Notes: generated by a model not told the origin, from the sequence alone. Counted from the first letter of the stretch, positions 1 to 11,240 are shown. The stretch is 64,000 nt of DNA from Clostridia bacterium (GCA_045533905.1 JAZSIR010000008.1:55623-119622), one strand, 5' to 3'. A program made the numbers and translations.

Positions 1-146
1 GTGCCGGTATTAAACAGATTGAGCGAAATCAGAAAAGCGATGAAAAAAATCAGAATCAGGCCGACAATCGTCCCCATAACCGAAAGTACTTTATTCCCGT
101 TTGCTTTGTCTCTGCCGGCGCTATATGTGCGTCTCTTTTTCTGCAT
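1..146 (-). CDS. 5' part of a membrane-anchored protein (runs off the window)
   Basis: My translation from ATG at 146: MQKKRRTYSAGRDKANGNKVLSVMGTIVGLILIFFIAFLISLNLF, a basic N-terminus plus TM helix; purine-rich RBS-like sequence upstream. Confidence 0.6.
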   Translation of the reverse strand, partial: MQKKRRTYSAGRDKANGNKVLSVMGTIVGLILIFFIAFLISLNLFNTG

Positions 147-175
147 ATGTAAAGTCCATCCCTTCTATGTATTTC

Positions 176-3100
176 TTAGTCTATTTCTATTATACCATTA
201 TTTGCAAATAAGTAAATAACTTTTTGCGAAATTTCTGAAAAATATTTTTGCCCGAGCGCCATCGCGTACGCGTCCAGCTGTGCCTTATATTTTGCGACCA
301 TTTCCGCCTCCGATTTCGGTGCATCTGTCTTGTAGTCAAGAAGCACAATTTTGCCTTTTTCGAAGAAGAAGCAGTCGATAATTCCCTGGACCACGATTTT
401 TTCTGCCGCGTGTGCGGCATCGCCCGTGAGAATCGATGCCGGCACCGTTTCCGTAAACGGCATCTCACGAAAGACCTTTTCCGCGTGGCGGATGCGGCGC
501 CCCATTTCTCCGTCCCAGAAAGCGAAAATGCGCTGTGTATCCACCGCTGCGGCCTCCTCGGGCGAAAGAATTTTTTCTTTCACGAGGCTTCCGATATACG
601 CCGTCACATCCGCGTGGGTGCGGACGGTTTCATACGGAATATTCTGCATCACAAAATGCATAAGCGTGCCGTAGGCTGCCCCGCGGATGCCGCCTTTTGC
701 ACGGAAGCGCGGCTCCTTCAGTTCTATCGCTCTGTACAGCGGCAGGCTGATTTCATCGCCTTCCTCACGAAGGCGTTTGAATTCCGTAACGGAAATTTTG
801 GAAGGTATCGTGCGGAGTTCGGGACGCGGATAGCGGTACTCGAGCACCTCGCGCACCTCTTTTGTCGGCGTAAGCGGCAAAACAGGCTTTCTCTTTTCTT
901 CGTTCACTTCCTCCCCAAGGACCGTTTCAAAAGCTACGGCGACGCCTTCGGCATTGCCGCCGCTTTGCAGAAGCAGAGAAAGCGTGCTTTTCGCGTGCAG
1001 AATTTCTGATCGTGTAAGTGTTTTTCCCAAAAGGGCTACATTTTCTTCTTTTGCACTGCCGGTAATCACGAGGCGTTCTTTTGCGCGTGTGAGCGCTACA
1101 TATAAAACGCGTAGTTCCTCGCCCATTTCATCATTTTGTTTCTGGAGCCGGATAGCCGTTTTAGCCGGCGTATCATAGCGAATCCGTCTTTTCGGATCAA
1201 TGTGCGAAAGGCCTATACCGAGGTCCTTGTGCAGAAGGAATGCCCCCTGTACGGATTTTCGGTTGAAGAGCTTCCCTGTTCCCGCTAAAATCACAACCGG
1301 AAATTCCAGACCTTTGCTTTTATGAATACTCATAAGCCGTACGACATTCTCGCCCTCACCCACGAGCTTTGCTTCGCTCATATCCTCACCGCGCGAAGAT
1401 ACTCTTTCCATATACCGGAGAAAATGGAAAAGCCCACGGAACGAGGTTTTTTCAAACTGATGCGCTTTTTCAAAGAGAAGCTCAAGATTTGCACGTGCAA
1501 TTTCGCCGCCGCGTGTACCGCTTACAAAAAGCAGATATCCCGTTTCATCGAACAGACGAAGAATGAGCGTGTCGGTCGGCAAAAAGGCCGCCTGCCGCCG
1601 CCATTTCCGTATTTTTCGCAGGAATGCTGCGCATTTTTTTCCAAGCTCTGTTTTTTCTTCGGCCGTTTTACACACAGCAAAATAGTAAAGATGCTTTCTG
1701 TCGCGAAGGCGAATCTGTGCAAGTTCATCCTCCGTAAAGCCGAAAAACGGCGCGCGCATGGAAGCGAGCAGCGGAATATCGTCCTCGGGGTTATCAATAG
1801 TCCTGAGGAGCGACAAAAAGACGCTGACTTCCACCGTTTCGAGGTACCCACCGCCGATATCACAGTAGAGGGGAATCCCCGCCGCCTCACAAGCCGCACG
1901 AAGTGGCGCGGCCATATCACGGGCAGAGCGCATAATGACCGCAATATCGCGGTATTCTGCCTTTCGGTATGCACCTTTTTTAAGGTCATACACTTCTTTG
2001 GAAAGTGCCTCGCGGATTTTTTTCGTAATGAGCGCGGCCTCTGCCACAAGTCTCTCCGCCGCCGTATCCTCCGCCTTCGAAAGTGCAAATTCAATTCTGT
2101 TTTCCGTACTCTCCGGGTAATTTGCGCCGGGATTTAAGCGTTCGCTCTCCGTGTAGGCAATGCCGCCGAGAGATCGGTGCATAAGCGTTTCAAACACGGT
2201 GTTTACAAACGAGAGAATCTCCTTACGGCTTCTGAAATTACAGGTAAGTGCTACCTTGCGGTTTTGCCCCTCCTCCAAATACGTATCGTTTTTGCGGATA
2301 AACAGCTCGGGGCTCGTTTTACGGAAGCCGTAAATGCTCTGCTTCATATCCCCTACCATAAACATATTCGGCGCGCCGATGTTTTCGCCGGAAAGAAGCG
2401 TGAAGAGCTGCTCCTGCACATCGTTACTGTCCTGATACTCGTCAATATAAATTTCGTCGTACTTTTCCCTTAGTGCCTCAGCAATCGGCGAGGGCACTAT
2501 ACCTTCCTCCGTTTCCTTCGAAAGGAGGCGGATGGCAAGGTGCTCAAGGTCGCTGTAATCAAGAAGATTCTTCTCCTCTTTGAGGCGCGCATAGATCGCG
2601 GCGTACGTAAGCGTGTAGTCCGTAAGCGCCTTGATATGCGGCGCGGCATTTCGCATACTCTCCGCACATTCCCCTGCCGCAAGCGTGATGCTGCCTCGGA
2701 TATCGGTTATCTTCTTTTTGATATCCTTTCTCTCTTCCTCTGCCAGCTCCGAAAGCGGCGTTTTGGCTTCCTTGCCGCGCTTTGCAGGGGAGAACATCGT
2801 AAAGGCATCCAGAAGGCCGTTCCAGCTGTCCGCGTGTTCTAAAAGTCCCATAAGTGCCGTGCGGTCTTTTTCAAAAGCATCTGCATAGCTCGGGCACGCC
2901 GCATACTCCCTTGCCGCGCGGGCACATCTTTCGGCAAGGTCCCGGATTTCAAGGCGCACATTCTCTAAAATAGTACGCGCATATATGCTTTCGTTAAAAT
3001 CTTTTTCCGTTTTGATATCATACAGTGCCGCCTTCTCGCGAAGCCATCCTTCGGGGTCCGGCATTCCTTCCGCGAAGGCGTAAAGACTCATCGCGTACTC

Positions 3101-3610
3101 ACAAAGCACGCTGTCATCCCGAAGCGTACTGTAAGCACCGGCGAAATCCAGAAATTCTGTTTCCCCGCGCCTGTACATTTCCTCGAGCGCCTCCTGTGCC
3201 GCCTCGGCACGAAGAAGATTTGCCTCCGTGCCGTCTGCAACACGGAATGCACCGTCCACGTCCGCTTCTGCAAAATGGGTGCGCAGAAGCTGCAGGCAAA
3301 AAGAGTCCATTGTGGTAATGGAAGCGGAACCAAGCAGTGCCGCCTGCCTCTGGAGATGTGTGTTTTCAGGTTCCTCCGAAAGGGCCTTTGTGAGATTCTC
3401 GGAAATACGCGCCCGCATTTCTGCGGCAGCGGCTTTTGTGAAAGTTACAACCAGAATGCGGTGAATATCGAGACCTTCCTCTAAAACGCGGCGCAGTATC
3501 CTCCCCGTAAGCACCTGTGTTTTGCCGCTCCCTGCGGCAGCGGAAACGAGGCAGTTGGCCTTTTCGCCGTATACAGCTTTTTTCTGTTCATCTGTCCAAG
3601 AAACGCTCAT
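176..3610 (-). CDS. addA: ATP-dependent helicase/nuclease subunit A
   Basis: Walker A AAAGSGKT, TFTKAAA, DEYQD, VGDMKQSIYGFR, SIHKSKGLEFP, C-terminal RecB-type nuclease GIIDC...DYKT. Confidence 0.97.
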   Translation of the reverse strand: MSVSWTDEQKKAVYGEKANCLVSAAAGSGKTQVLTGRILRRVLEEGLDIHRILVVTFTKAAAAEMRARISENLTKALSEEPENTHLQRQAALLGSASITTMDSFCLQLLRTHFAEADVDGAFRVADGTEANLLRAEAAQEALEEMYRRGETEFLDFAGAYSTLRDDSVLCEYAMSLYAFAEGMPDPEGWLREKAALYDIKTEKDFNESIYARTILENVRLEIRDLAERCARAAREYAACPSYADAFEKDRTALMGLLEHADSWNGLLDAFTMFSPAKRGKEAKTPLSELAEEERKDIKKKITDIRGSITLAAGECAESMRNAAPHIKALTDYTLTYAAIYARLKEEKNLLDYSDLEHLAIRLLSKETEEGIVPSPIAEALREKYDEIYIDEYQDSNDVQEQLFTLLSGENIGAPNMFMVGDMKQSIYGFRKTSPELFIRKNDTYLEEGQNRKVALTCNFRSRKEILSFVNTVFETLMHRSLGGIAYTESERLNPGANYPESTENRIEFALSKAEDTAAERLVAEAALITKKIREALSKEVYDLKKGAYRKAEYRDIAVIMRSARDMAAPLRAACEAAGIPLYCDIGGGYLETVEVSVFLSLLRTIDNPEDDIPLLASMRAPFFGFTEDELAQIRLRDRKHLYYFAVCKTAEEKTELGKKCAAFLRKIRKWRRQAAFLPTDTLILRLFDETGYLLFVSGTRGGEIARANLELLFEKAHQFEKTSFRGLFHFLRYMERVSSRGEDMSEAKLVGEGENVVRLMSIHKSKGLEFPVVILAGTGKLFNRKSVQGAFLLHKDLGIGLSHIDPKRRIRYDTPAKTAIRLQKQNDEMGEELRVLYVALTRAKERLVITGSAKEENVALLGKTLTRSEILHAKSTLSLLLQSGGNAEGVAVAFETVLGEEVNEEKRKPVLPLTPTKEVREVLEYRYPRPELRTIPSKISVTEFKRLREEGDEISLPLYRAIELKEPRFRAKGGIRGAAYGTLMHFVMQNIPYETVRTHADVTAYIGSLVKEKILSPEEAAAVDTQRIFAFWDGEMGRRIRHAEKVFREMPFTETVPASILTGDAAHAAEKIVVQGIIDCFFFEKGKIVLLDYKTDAPKSEAEMVAKYKAQLDAYAMALGQKYFSEISQKVIYLFANNGIIEID

Positions 3611-6600
3611 ACTTCCGCCTCCATTCTGGCCCAGACTTCATCCGGTTTTTCCGGTGCAAGCTCGCGCCAGGCACTACCATCGTGCCGGCAAAGTGCCGCG
3701 AATTTACAAAATGCACAGGCAGATTCCGTCTGCTTCCGGTACGGCGAAATATCTACTCTGCCCTCGGAAAGCGCTGTCAAAAGCGCTGTGACTGTCTTTT
3801 TTACGTGTTTGGAAAGAACCGCAAACTGCGCCGGGCTTGCCACATTTCCGGTAATACCTTTATCGGAAATACCTGCCGGAATAATCTGCGAGGTTCTTTC
3901 GATGCCGTGGTCCATTGCTCTTAAAACCTCTTCATCCTCAAGGAGAAGCCCGTCAAGCTTGAATTCCTTGCGACGAAGCATTTCGATCACCTCGTCTGCC
4001 TCATTCGGAGAAGCATCCACATTCGGGTCGATAAGCCGGAAATACAAAATTCCGGCAGGCTTTGCTTCCCCGCCTATCTTTTCTTCATTTTCAGGCGCGC
4101 AGAGCGCAGAAAGATACACCGCAAGCTGCAGATTCAGGCCCGCGTACACATCACTGAGACGAAAGGTTTTCGCGCCGGATTTATAATCCAGAATCCGGAC
4201 AAGCGCGCCGCCGTCGGGAAGGTGCAGCGCTTCTGCGCGGTCAATCCGCCCGACGAGTTTCACCGCACCTCCGGTGGGAAGCGGAATGGAAAGCGGCATA
4301 AGGTCGCCGTTTTCCGCAAAGGAAAGTTCATAACCGATAGGCGAAAAAGTACATTTTTGCATATGATACGTGAGCGTGCGGACGGCCGTTTTGCAGGCAC
4401 GGCGAAGTCTCGCAAAAAGCTGGGCATACCGCGGCGAAACCTCCAGCATATAGGTACTGAGGCGTCTGTCAAGAAGCGGCACAATTTCGGAGAATTCCTT
4501 GTCGATGTACGCTTCCGTCACGGTTTGCCACGACTCGCCGTTTTCCGAAAGGCGCTTACCGAAAAGTTCCATAAAATCATGCAGAAAACGCCCGGCATCG
4601 GACGCCGCGGGCTTCATAATCTTTCGTTCTTTTGCATCGAGCATATAGGCGGCAAAATGTGAGAACGGGCAAGCCGCCATTTTTTCAAGGCGGGAAACAC
4701 TGCTGTGCCCCACGCCACCCATAAACGCACGCACAGTTTCCGTCGAAAGCCGACCGGCGCGGTTTTGGTAAGATAGGCTCGCGAAAGCCGAGGCCGTTTT
4801 TTCCGGCTCGTTTTCGAGGAGCCAACCGTATGCCGCGCGCATTGCATCGCTCACTGTACCGCGACGGATATCTTCCAGAAGATGGCCTATAACGGCGCCC
4901 GGTGCCGATATTTTTTCCGTATCCGAAAGCCCTAAAAGGAGGTTTCGTTCCTCCATTTCGGGAAAAAGCTCCTCCACGCGCCGCCAGATGCGCGACGGGC
5001 GGATGGACCCTCCTTCCATACTCGCGCACGGATAACTCAATTCCAGTATTTCAGATGGAATGGTAAGACATTTATAGATAAGGTGTTCTTCTTCGAAAAG
5101 TGTCTGATTCTCCGCATTCTTAAAGGCAAGCCCCGCCTCCGAAAGAGACATACGCTCCAGGTCGTTCAAAAGGCCGCCACGTTCGAGCGGTGCGGGAAAA
5201 ACGCCATCCTGCACGCCCAGAACCAAAAGCGCCTTTACGGCATAGCCCTTGATGCGGTCAATACTGCCGACGGAAATGCCGTCCTGTGCGGCGGGAATGA
5301 TACCTGTTTTCACTTCCCCGAGTGCGGTGCAAAGCACCTCGTAAAGACGCGCAATGCCGATTTCTTCGTCACCAAAGGCATCGCAAACGCCGTCAAGCGC
5401 ATCTATAAAATCATTATACACGCCTCTGTACTCTGCGGCAGTGGAGAAATCGCCTGCCTTTTCAAAAAGGCGCGAAAGCGCAAGAATACGGCGTTTCGCA
5501 TGCATTTCCTCAAGGAAACTGTAGATCGCCTCGCACTTTTCTGCGGCCGTTTTCCCGGTTTTGAGGTTATCTTCCAGGCGCAGAAGCGGCGCAATGATCT
5601 TGCGGCGGGTACTGTCTGCAAGAGCTGCATCCTCTGCCACTTCCCCTTCGCGCTCGGAATACGCCTCCGCACGGAGATTCCATTTTTCTTCATTTTTCCA
5701 GATGTCCCCGCGGATGCCGGTGGCAAGCACATAGTTTTCCAGTGCATCCACCGCATCGCTCTGAAGGCGTAAAAAGCCTGATTTTACATAGCGGAACACA
5801 CTTTCATAGGTGTAGCCCTTGGTGATAAGTTCAAGCGCGGAAAGCACAAAAACGGTGAAGGGATGCTCTAAAATGTTGATAGTGCGGTCCATAAAGAACG
5901 GAATGCCGTAGGCCGGAAAAACAGCGTCGATATACCGCTCGTACCCGCTTACATCGCGTGCCGTGACTGCAATATCACGGAATAAATACCTCTTCTCGCG
6001 GCAAAGCTCCAGAATACGGCGTGCGACATTCTGCACCTCTCCGAGGGGATTTTGCGCCGCCACAAGGCGGAGACCTTCCGGCTTTTCGGGATATTCCTTT
6101 GTCGGATATGTAAAGTAATTTTCTTCTAAAAATGCAAGCGGGCGTGTGACCTCCCGCGGCTTATGCAGCACAACCGGATCCTTAATTTCCGTGCCCGCAT
6201 CGCGCGCAATCTGCATCAGCTGCCGCACCATTTTGGCATGCAGTGTGAAGGCCGCGGATTTTTCATCCTCGGGCGCGTAGCAAACGGTTACGGTGATACG
6301 GATGCCTGCCCGGAGCATCGCGCCGATAGCCGCAAATTCGGAAGCATCAAAGCCGTCAAACCTGTCAAGATACACCTCTGTGCCATCTAAAACATCGGTT
6401 TTCGGCAAAACAGCGGCGAAACGATAGAGTTCATCGTCTCTGTCCGAAAATTTGGCCTCTGTCTTTTTTTCATACGCTTCAAATAAAAGCGCAAGGTCGG
6501 AAAGCTTGGCCTTCATATGCGCAAGATTTTCCCCTGCCGCACGAAGATCCGCACCCCCTATGCCATAGCGCTTCATTTCGCCGAAAAGCTTTGCGAGTGC

Positions 6601-6945
6601 ACTCGCAGACCCCTGCTTTTTGGAAAGCGGGCGCAAGACCGTAAGATTTTTGGCGTTATCCACTAAAATTTTCTGAATCAGAATGGCTTTACTGCGGGAA
6701 TCGAGGCGCGGAAGTGCCGCCCCCTCAGCCCCACGTAACACTTTATCGGCAAGACGGGCAAGGCTTAAAACCTCAACACCCCCGAGGCCGTGCACATTCA
6801 CAAGGTCACAAATCCGCTTTTCAGCCGTGAAGGTAAACTGCTCGGGCGTGACAAAAAAAACACGTTTTTCACCTGAAAGCGCTTCCCGTATGCAGAAGTC
6901 GGTTTTTCCGCTTCCGATTTTTCCGTAAATGAGCCTCAGCGACAT
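3607..6945 (-). CDS. addB: ATP-dependent helicase/nuclease subunit B
   Basis: GKIGSGKT, PEQFTF, SVSRLE..ACPF, GRIDR, DYKSG, C-terminal CAFCKFAALC Fe-S staple; ATG 6945 preceded by AGGAGAG; coupled to addA. Confidence 0.96.
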   Translation of the reverse strand: MSLRLIYGKIGSGKTDFCIREALSGEKRVFFVTPEQFTFTAEKRICDLVNVHGLGGVEVLSLARLADKVLRGAEGAALPRLDSRSKAILIQKILVDNAKNLTVLRPLSKKQGSASALAKLFGEMKRYGIGGADLRAAGENLAHMKAKLSDLALLFEAYEKKTEAKFSDRDDELYRFAAVLPKTDVLDGTEVYLDRFDGFDASEFAAIGAMLRAGIRITVTVCYAPEDEKSAAFTLHAKMVRQLMQIARDAGTEIKDPVVLHKPREVTRPLAFLEENYFTYPTKEYPEKPEGLRLVAAQNPLGEVQNVARRILELCREKRYLFRDIAVTARDVSGYERYIDAVFPAYGIPFFMDRTINILEHPFTVFVLSALELITKGYTYESVFRYVKSGFLRLQSDAVDALENYVLATGIRGDIWKNEEKWNLRAEAYSEREGEVAEDAALADSTRRKIIAPLLRLEDNLKTGKTAAEKCEAIYSFLEEMHAKRRILALSRLFEKAGDFSTAAEYRGVYNDFIDALDGVCDAFGDEEIGIARLYEVLCTALGEVKTGIIPAAQDGISVGSIDRIKGYAVKALLVLGVQDGVFPAPLERGGLLNDLERMSLSEAGLAFKNAENQTLFEEEHLIYKCLTIPSEILELSYPCASMEGGSIRPSRIWRRVEELFPEMEERNLLLGLSDTEKISAPGAVIGHLLEDIRRGTVSDAMRAAYGWLLENEPEKTASAFASLSYQNRAGRLSTETVRAFMGGVGHSSVSRLEKMAACPFSHFAAYMLDAKERKIMKPAASDAGRFLHDFMELFGKRLSENGESWQTVTEAYIDKEFSEIVPLLDRRLSTYMLEVSPRYAQLFARLRRACKTAVRTLTYHMQKCTFSPIGYELSFAENGDLMPLSIPLPTGGAVKLVGRIDRAEALHLPDGGALVRILDYKSGAKTFRLSDVYAGLNLQLAVYLSALCAPENEEKIGGEAKPAGILYFRLIDPNVDASPNEADEVIEMLRRKEFKLDGLLLEDEEVLRAMDHGIERTSQIIPAGISDKGITGNVASPAQFAVLSKHVKKTVTALLTALSEGRVDISPYRKQTESACAFCKFAALCRHDGSAWRELAPEKPDEVWARMEAEV

Positions 6946-8282
6946 ACCGTCTCTCCTTGTAAATTCCACGTTTTCGCCTCTGTGATTTTCACATCCAGAA
7001 GGCGCCCTGTAAGAGAAGCATCTCCCTCAAAGTTTACGATTTTTCCGCCTTCGGTGCGCCCGGTCATCTTGCGGACATCCGTTTTACTATTCCCCTCGCA
7101 AAGAATGCGCACGGTTTTCCCGAGCAGCGCCGCATTTTTCTCATAGGAAATGCGGTTTTGCACTTCTAAAAGGCGCTCAAAATTCGCCTTCTTTTCTTCT
7201 TCCGTAAGGACATCCTGCATTTTTTCTGCAGGCGTTCCCTTTCTCGGAGAAAAGATGAAGGAGAAGAGTGCATCATAGCGTACCTCGTCGAGAAGTGAAA
7301 GCGTATCTTCAAATTCCGCTGTTGTTTCCCCCGGAAAGCCTACGATGATATCGGTTGTAATCGCAATGTCAGGCATAAGCTCCCGCGCTTTTGCGATAAT
7401 GGAAAGATACTTTTCGCGCGTGTAGCGGCGGTTCATACTCTCTAAAATGCGGTTGTTCCCTGACTGCACGGGAAGGTGCAGGCATTTGCAAATATTTTCC
7501 CGCTCTGCCATAACCGATAAAACGGCGGGATTTAAATCCTTCGGGTGCGAGGTCATAAAGCGAATACGCGGAATCCCAGTGTCACTCACCCGGCGAAGGA
7601 GATTTGCAAATGCATCCCCGCCACCGCCGTAGGAATTGACATTCTGCCCGAGAAGCATAATTTCCTGATAGCCTTCTCTGCAAAGCGCTTCCACCTCGCG
7701 GAGAATATCTTCTTCTTTGCGGCTTCTTTCCCTGCCGCGCACATAGGGCACAATGCAATACGTGCAGAAATTATTGCACCCGTACATCACCGGCACGCCC
7801 GTTTTGAAGGCCGAGGCGCGATAGGTGGGTAAATCTTCTGTTACGTGCCCTTCGGCATATTCTGTATCGAAAATACGCCCGCCTTCCGTCAGATGCCGAT
7901 AAAGGAGGCGCGGAAGCGCATCGATATTATTGGCGCCAAAAACAATGTCAACGTGGCGGTAGACCGAGCGGAGCTTTTCGATGACGTGCTCCTCCCCCGT
8001 CATACACCCGCTCATTGCCACCACCAGGCCCGGCTTTTTCTCTTTCAGATGCTTGAAAACGCCGATGGTGCCAAAGGTTTTCATTTCCGCATTTTCGCGA
8101 ATGGCGCAGGTGTTAAGAAGCACAAAATCCGCCTCTTCCGGGAAATCAGTCAATGCATATCCCATGGCGTAGAGAAGCCCCAGAAGCTTCTCCCCGTCAT
8201 TTTCATTGAGCTGACATCCGAAAGTGCGGACGTATGCTTTTTTGTTATGTATTATTTTTTTGACTTCCGAAATGTAGTTCAT
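6936..8282 (-). CDS. miaB: tRNA-2-methylthio-N6-dimethylallyladenosine synthase (radical SAM)
   Basis: TFGCQLN, NTCAIRENAE, GCNNFCTYCIVP, C-terminal TRAM domain. Confidence 0.95.
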   Translation of the reverse strand: MNYISEVKKIIHNKKAYVRTFGCQLNENDGEKLLGLLYAMGYALTDFPEEADFVLLNTCAIRENAEMKTFGTIGVFKHLKEKKPGLVVAMSGCMTGEEHVIEKLRSVYRHVDIVFGANNIDALPRLLYRHLTEGGRIFDTEYAEGHVTEDLPTYRASAFKTGVPVMYGCNNFCTYCIVPYVRGRERSRKEEDILREVEALCREGYQEIMLLGQNVNSYGGGGDAFANLLRRVSDTGIPRIRFMTSHPKDLNPAVLSVMAERENICKCLHLPVQSGNNRILESMNRRYTREKYLSIIAKARELMPDIAITTDIIVGFPGETTAEFEDTLSLLDEVRYDALFSFIFSPRKGTPAEKMQDVLTEEEKKANFERLLEVQNRISYEKNAALLGKTVRILCEGNSKTDVRKMTGRTEGGKIVNFEGDASLTGRLLDVKITEAKTWNLQGETVCR

Positions 8283-8878
8283 ACTGTGATTTCTCTCCTG
8301 CCATCCATTGCGCGGGCAAGCGTAATTTTATCTGCATATTCGAGGTCACTGCCCACCGGAATGCCGTGGGCAATTCTTGTGATACGGACGGAAAACGGCT
8401 TCAAAAGCTTTGCAATGTAAAGCGCTGTAGCTTCTCCTTCCACGCTCGGATTTGTGGCCATAATCACTTCTTCCACTTCGCCACCGGCCACGCGGGCGAG
8501 AAGTTCGCGAATTTTAATATCATCGGGCCCGACGCCGTCAATCGGCGAAATGGCACCGTGCAGAACGTGATACACCCCGAAAAATTCATGCGTCTTTTCC
8601 ATCACTTCGATATCCTTCGGATTTTCCACGACGCAGATGAGTTTCCGGTTCCGACGGCTATCTCCGCAGATGCGACAGGGCTGTGTGTCAGTATGCCCCT
8701 GGCAAACGCTGCAAAGCTCTATGTTTTCCTTCACATCCCGAATGGCGGCAATGAAAGCCTCCGCATCCTTATCGGACAAAGACATCACATAGAAAGCAAG
8801 CCGCACGGCGGACTTTCTGCCCACGCCCGGCATACCTGCAAACATATCAATTAAATTTGCGATCGGCGGTGCATACAT
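8279..8878 (-). CDS. recR: Recombination mediator RecR
   Basis: PGVGRKSA HhH, C4 zinc finger, TOPRIM ATNPSVEGEATA. Confidence 0.97.
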   Translation of the reverse strand: MYAPPIANLIDMFAGMPGVGRKSAVRLAFYVMSLSDKDAEAFIAAIRDVKENIELCSVCQGHTDTQPCRICGDSRRNRKLICVVENPKDIEVMEKTHEFFGVYHVLHGAISPIDGVGPDDIKIRELLARVAGGEVEEVIMATNPSVEGEATALYIAKLLKPFSVRITRIAHGIPVGSDLEYADKITLARAMDGRREITV

Positions 8879-8896
8879 CTTTCGTTTCCTCTTTTC

Positions 8897-9247
8897 TTAA
8901 AAAAGACCCGGCAGGTTCATACTGCCCGTGATTTTGCTCATTTCGCTTGAAGCCAGCTGTTCTGCCTTTCGAAGGGCTTCGTTGACAGCCGCAAGCACGA
9001 GATCCTCCAGCATTTCCACATCGTCAGGATCTACAGCTTCAGGCTTGATGCTGATGGCAATAAGCTCTTTCTTGCCGTTGGCAGTTGCCGTTACGCTGCC
9101 GCCGCCCACCGAAGCTTCCACCGTTTTCTCCGCCAGTTCTTCCTGCGCGCGGAGCATATCCTGCTGCATCTTCTGCGCCTGTTTAATCATATTGTTCATA
9201 TTTCCGCCCGGCATACCCGGCATTCTCGGAAAACCACCTTTTGCCAT
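8897..9247 (-). CDS. ybaB: YbaB/EbfC nucleoid-associated protein
   Basis: KQAQKMQ...[18 protein letters not shown]; canonical dnaX-ybaB-recR order. Confidence 0.95.
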   Translation of the reverse strand: MAKGGFPRMPGMPGGNMNNMIKQAQKMQQDMLRAQEELAEKTVEASVGGGSVTATANGKKELIAISIKPEAVDPDDVEMLEDLVLAAVNEALRKAEQLASSEMSKITGSMNLPGLF

Positions 9248-9260
9248 TTTCTGTTCCTCC

Positions 9261-10835
9261 TTAAAAATTTTCAAGTGTGGAGAGGGGGTCTGCCCCGCCC
9301 GCTTTTTCTACTTGCGATACCATATCAAAATCCACATCAGCCACAACGCCTGCCTTCTCGGAAAGTGCCGCCTTGAAGCCTTCGAGGCTTGCTCCCGTCA
9401 GCATTGCGCGGGCGGAAAGGAGCGAATCCTTGTCCGAATAAAGAAGATACAGCCTCCCGTTTCTGTCCTCTGCCGAGGTCATATCGGAAAGTGCCATCAT
9501 CACCTGCAGGTGATTATTCTTCATGCAGTATGCGAGAATGGCATCTTTATTTTTCAGAAACGCTTCCGCAACGCCTTCGGCCACCTTTTCTGTTTTAGGT
9601 GCCACGGGCACCACTTCCTCTTTCGGCTTCTCTTCTTTTTTAGGAGCCGGTGCGGCCTTTGACGCGGGTGCCGAAGCGACAATGCCGTTTCGCACCTTTT
9701 CCTCAAGCTGACCGATTCTCGCTGCAAGTGCTTCTGTGCCCTCGCCATAGACGGGATTTATCATCTTAATCATCGTAATTTCGAATGCCACGCGCATATC
9801 TTTCAGATACCGCATTTTCGCCGTCATCTCCACAGCCGTTTCCAGACAGAACACAAGATGTTCAGCCGAAATACGTGCCGAAAGACCCCCGAGCGCCTCC
9901 GCCATATCCTCGGTAATATCAAGAGCGAGCGTGGGATCGGGCAGATAGCGGCACATCAAAAGGCTTCTGAGATACGCCGTGAAATCTTCTGCAAGGCGCA
10001 GGAAGGACTTCCCCTCCTCCGCGTACGCTGCAAGTGTGGTGACGGCCGCGCCCACATTTTTGTCGGCAATGGCAGCGGCGAGCTTATACAGAACCTCGCT
10101 ATCCGTCGCGCCGATAAAGTCGGCAACATCGGCATAGGAAAGGCTATTGCCGCCGATGGACATACACTGGTCCAATATACTTAAGGCGTCGCGCATGGAC
10201 CCATCCGCCTTCTCCGCCATAAGACGGATGCCGCGTTCTTCGGCCGCGAAGCCGTCCGCCATCAGAATCTTCTGCATCTGCGCCTCAATATCGGGCGTGC
10301 GGATGCGCTTGAAATCAAAGCGCTGACAGCGCGACAAAATTGTATCGGGCACCTTGTGTGCCTCGGTAGTTGCAAGAATAAAATGTACATGTTCGGGCGG
10401 CTCTTCCAGAATTTTAAGGAGCGCGTTAAAAGCACTCGTGGAGAGCATATGCACTTCGTCGATGATATAAATACGCTTTTTAAGGCGTGTGCCTTCAAAA
10501 CGCGCTTCCTCGCGAAGATCACGGATACTGTCTACGCCGTTATTACTCGCGGCGTCAATCTCCGTAATATCGAGGATTGTGCCATCGAGGATGCCGCGGC
10601 AGTTTTCACATTCGTTACAGGGGTTGCCCTCACGCGGAGAAAGGCAGTTCATCGCACGGCTTAAAATACGCGCCGTGGAGGTTTTACCCGTGCCGCGCGT
10701 GCCGCAGAAAAGATAGGCGTGCCCCACGCGCGCGAGGCGGATTTCATTTTTCAGCGTATTCGTAATATGTGCCTGACCGACCACATCATCAAAAGTCAGC
10801 GGACGCCAGGTTCTGTAAAGCGCTGTATACGCCAT
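9261..10835 (-). CDS. dnaX: DNA polymerase III subunit gamma/tau
   Basis: [37 protein letters not shown]; likely start MAYTALY at 10835. Confidence 0.97.
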   Translation of the reverse strand: MAYTALYRTWRPLTFDDVVGQAHITNTLKNEIRLARVGHAYLFCGTRGTGKTSTARILSRAMNCLSPREGNPCNECENCRGILDGTILDITEIDAASNNGVDSIRDLREEARFEGTRLKKRIYIIDEVHMLSTSAFNALLKILEEPPEHVHFILATTEAHKVPDTILSRCQRFDFKRIRTPDIEAQMQKILMADGFAAEERGIRLMAEKADGSMRDALSILDQCMSIGGNSLSYADVADFIGATDSEVLYKLAAAIADKNVGAAVTTLAAYAEEGKSFLRLAEDFTAYLRSLLMCRYLPDPTLALDITEDMAEALGGLSARISAEHLVFCLETAVEMTAKMRYLKDMRVAFEITMIKMINPVYGEGTEALAARIGQLEEKVRNGIVASAPASKAAPAPKKEEKPKEEVVPVAPKTEKVAEGVAEAFLKNKDAILAYCMKNNHLQVMMALSDMTSAEDRNGRLYLLYSDKDSLLSARAMLTGASLEGFKAALSEKAGVVADVDFDMVSQVEKAGGADPLSTLENF

Positions 10836-10899
10836 ACTCTTCCCCTTTCTGAAGTTCCTTCTGTATAAAAAAAGCCGTACGCCCTTTTTTCGAAGCTGC

Positions 10900-11140
10900 A
10901 TTATAAGTGCGGTGATTTTGCAGCCGGCTGATGCCAGGCAACCTCACGGCACACGCAAATGACCGCTTATCGCTGCTTGGTTCCCCACCTGACGAGGTTC
11001 ACGGGTTTGCGTCGCGCAAGACCTGACCGTAAACACCGCTTACAAAAGCCGCCCGGATAACAACAGTCCTCCAAAAGGGCATCATCCCCGCTATAGCGGA
11101 TTGCGGGTACAGGGCACCGCTAACTCCCCGACTTGTACGA
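10900..11140 (-). ncRNA. ffs: Large (Bacillus/Clostridium-type) signal recognition particle RNA
   Basis: Minus strand has Alu-domain GGGGAGTTAGCGGTGCCCTGTACCCGCAATCCGCTATAGCGGG and domain IV GTCAGGTGGGGAACCAAGCAGC; usual position upstream of dnaX; 3' end approximate. Confidence 0.92.
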
Positions 11141-11147
11141 CAGTATT

Positions 11148-11176
11148 ATTATACACGAATTCGCCGAAAAATTCAA
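11148..11176 (-). promoter_or_regulatory. sigma-A promoter for SRP RNA/dnaX
   Basis: TTGAAT-N17-TATAAT on the minus strand immediately before the SRP RNA. Confidence 0.8.
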
Positions 11177-11240
11177 TACTATTTTGAAATTTATTTCCCA
11201 AAGGAAAAGAGCAGGCAGGATTCTCTCCCGTCCGCTCTTT

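Noticed and set aside
1-219. 72-aa plus-strand ORF in the track
   Set aside because: The minus-strand frame starting at 146, co-oriented with addAB and encoding a TM helix, is the more plausible gene.
9635-9641. AAAAAAG run in dnaX as a possible -1 frameshift site
   Set aside because: Codon phase is CCT AAA AAA GAA, not A AAA AAG, and I saw no obvious stimulatory hairpin.
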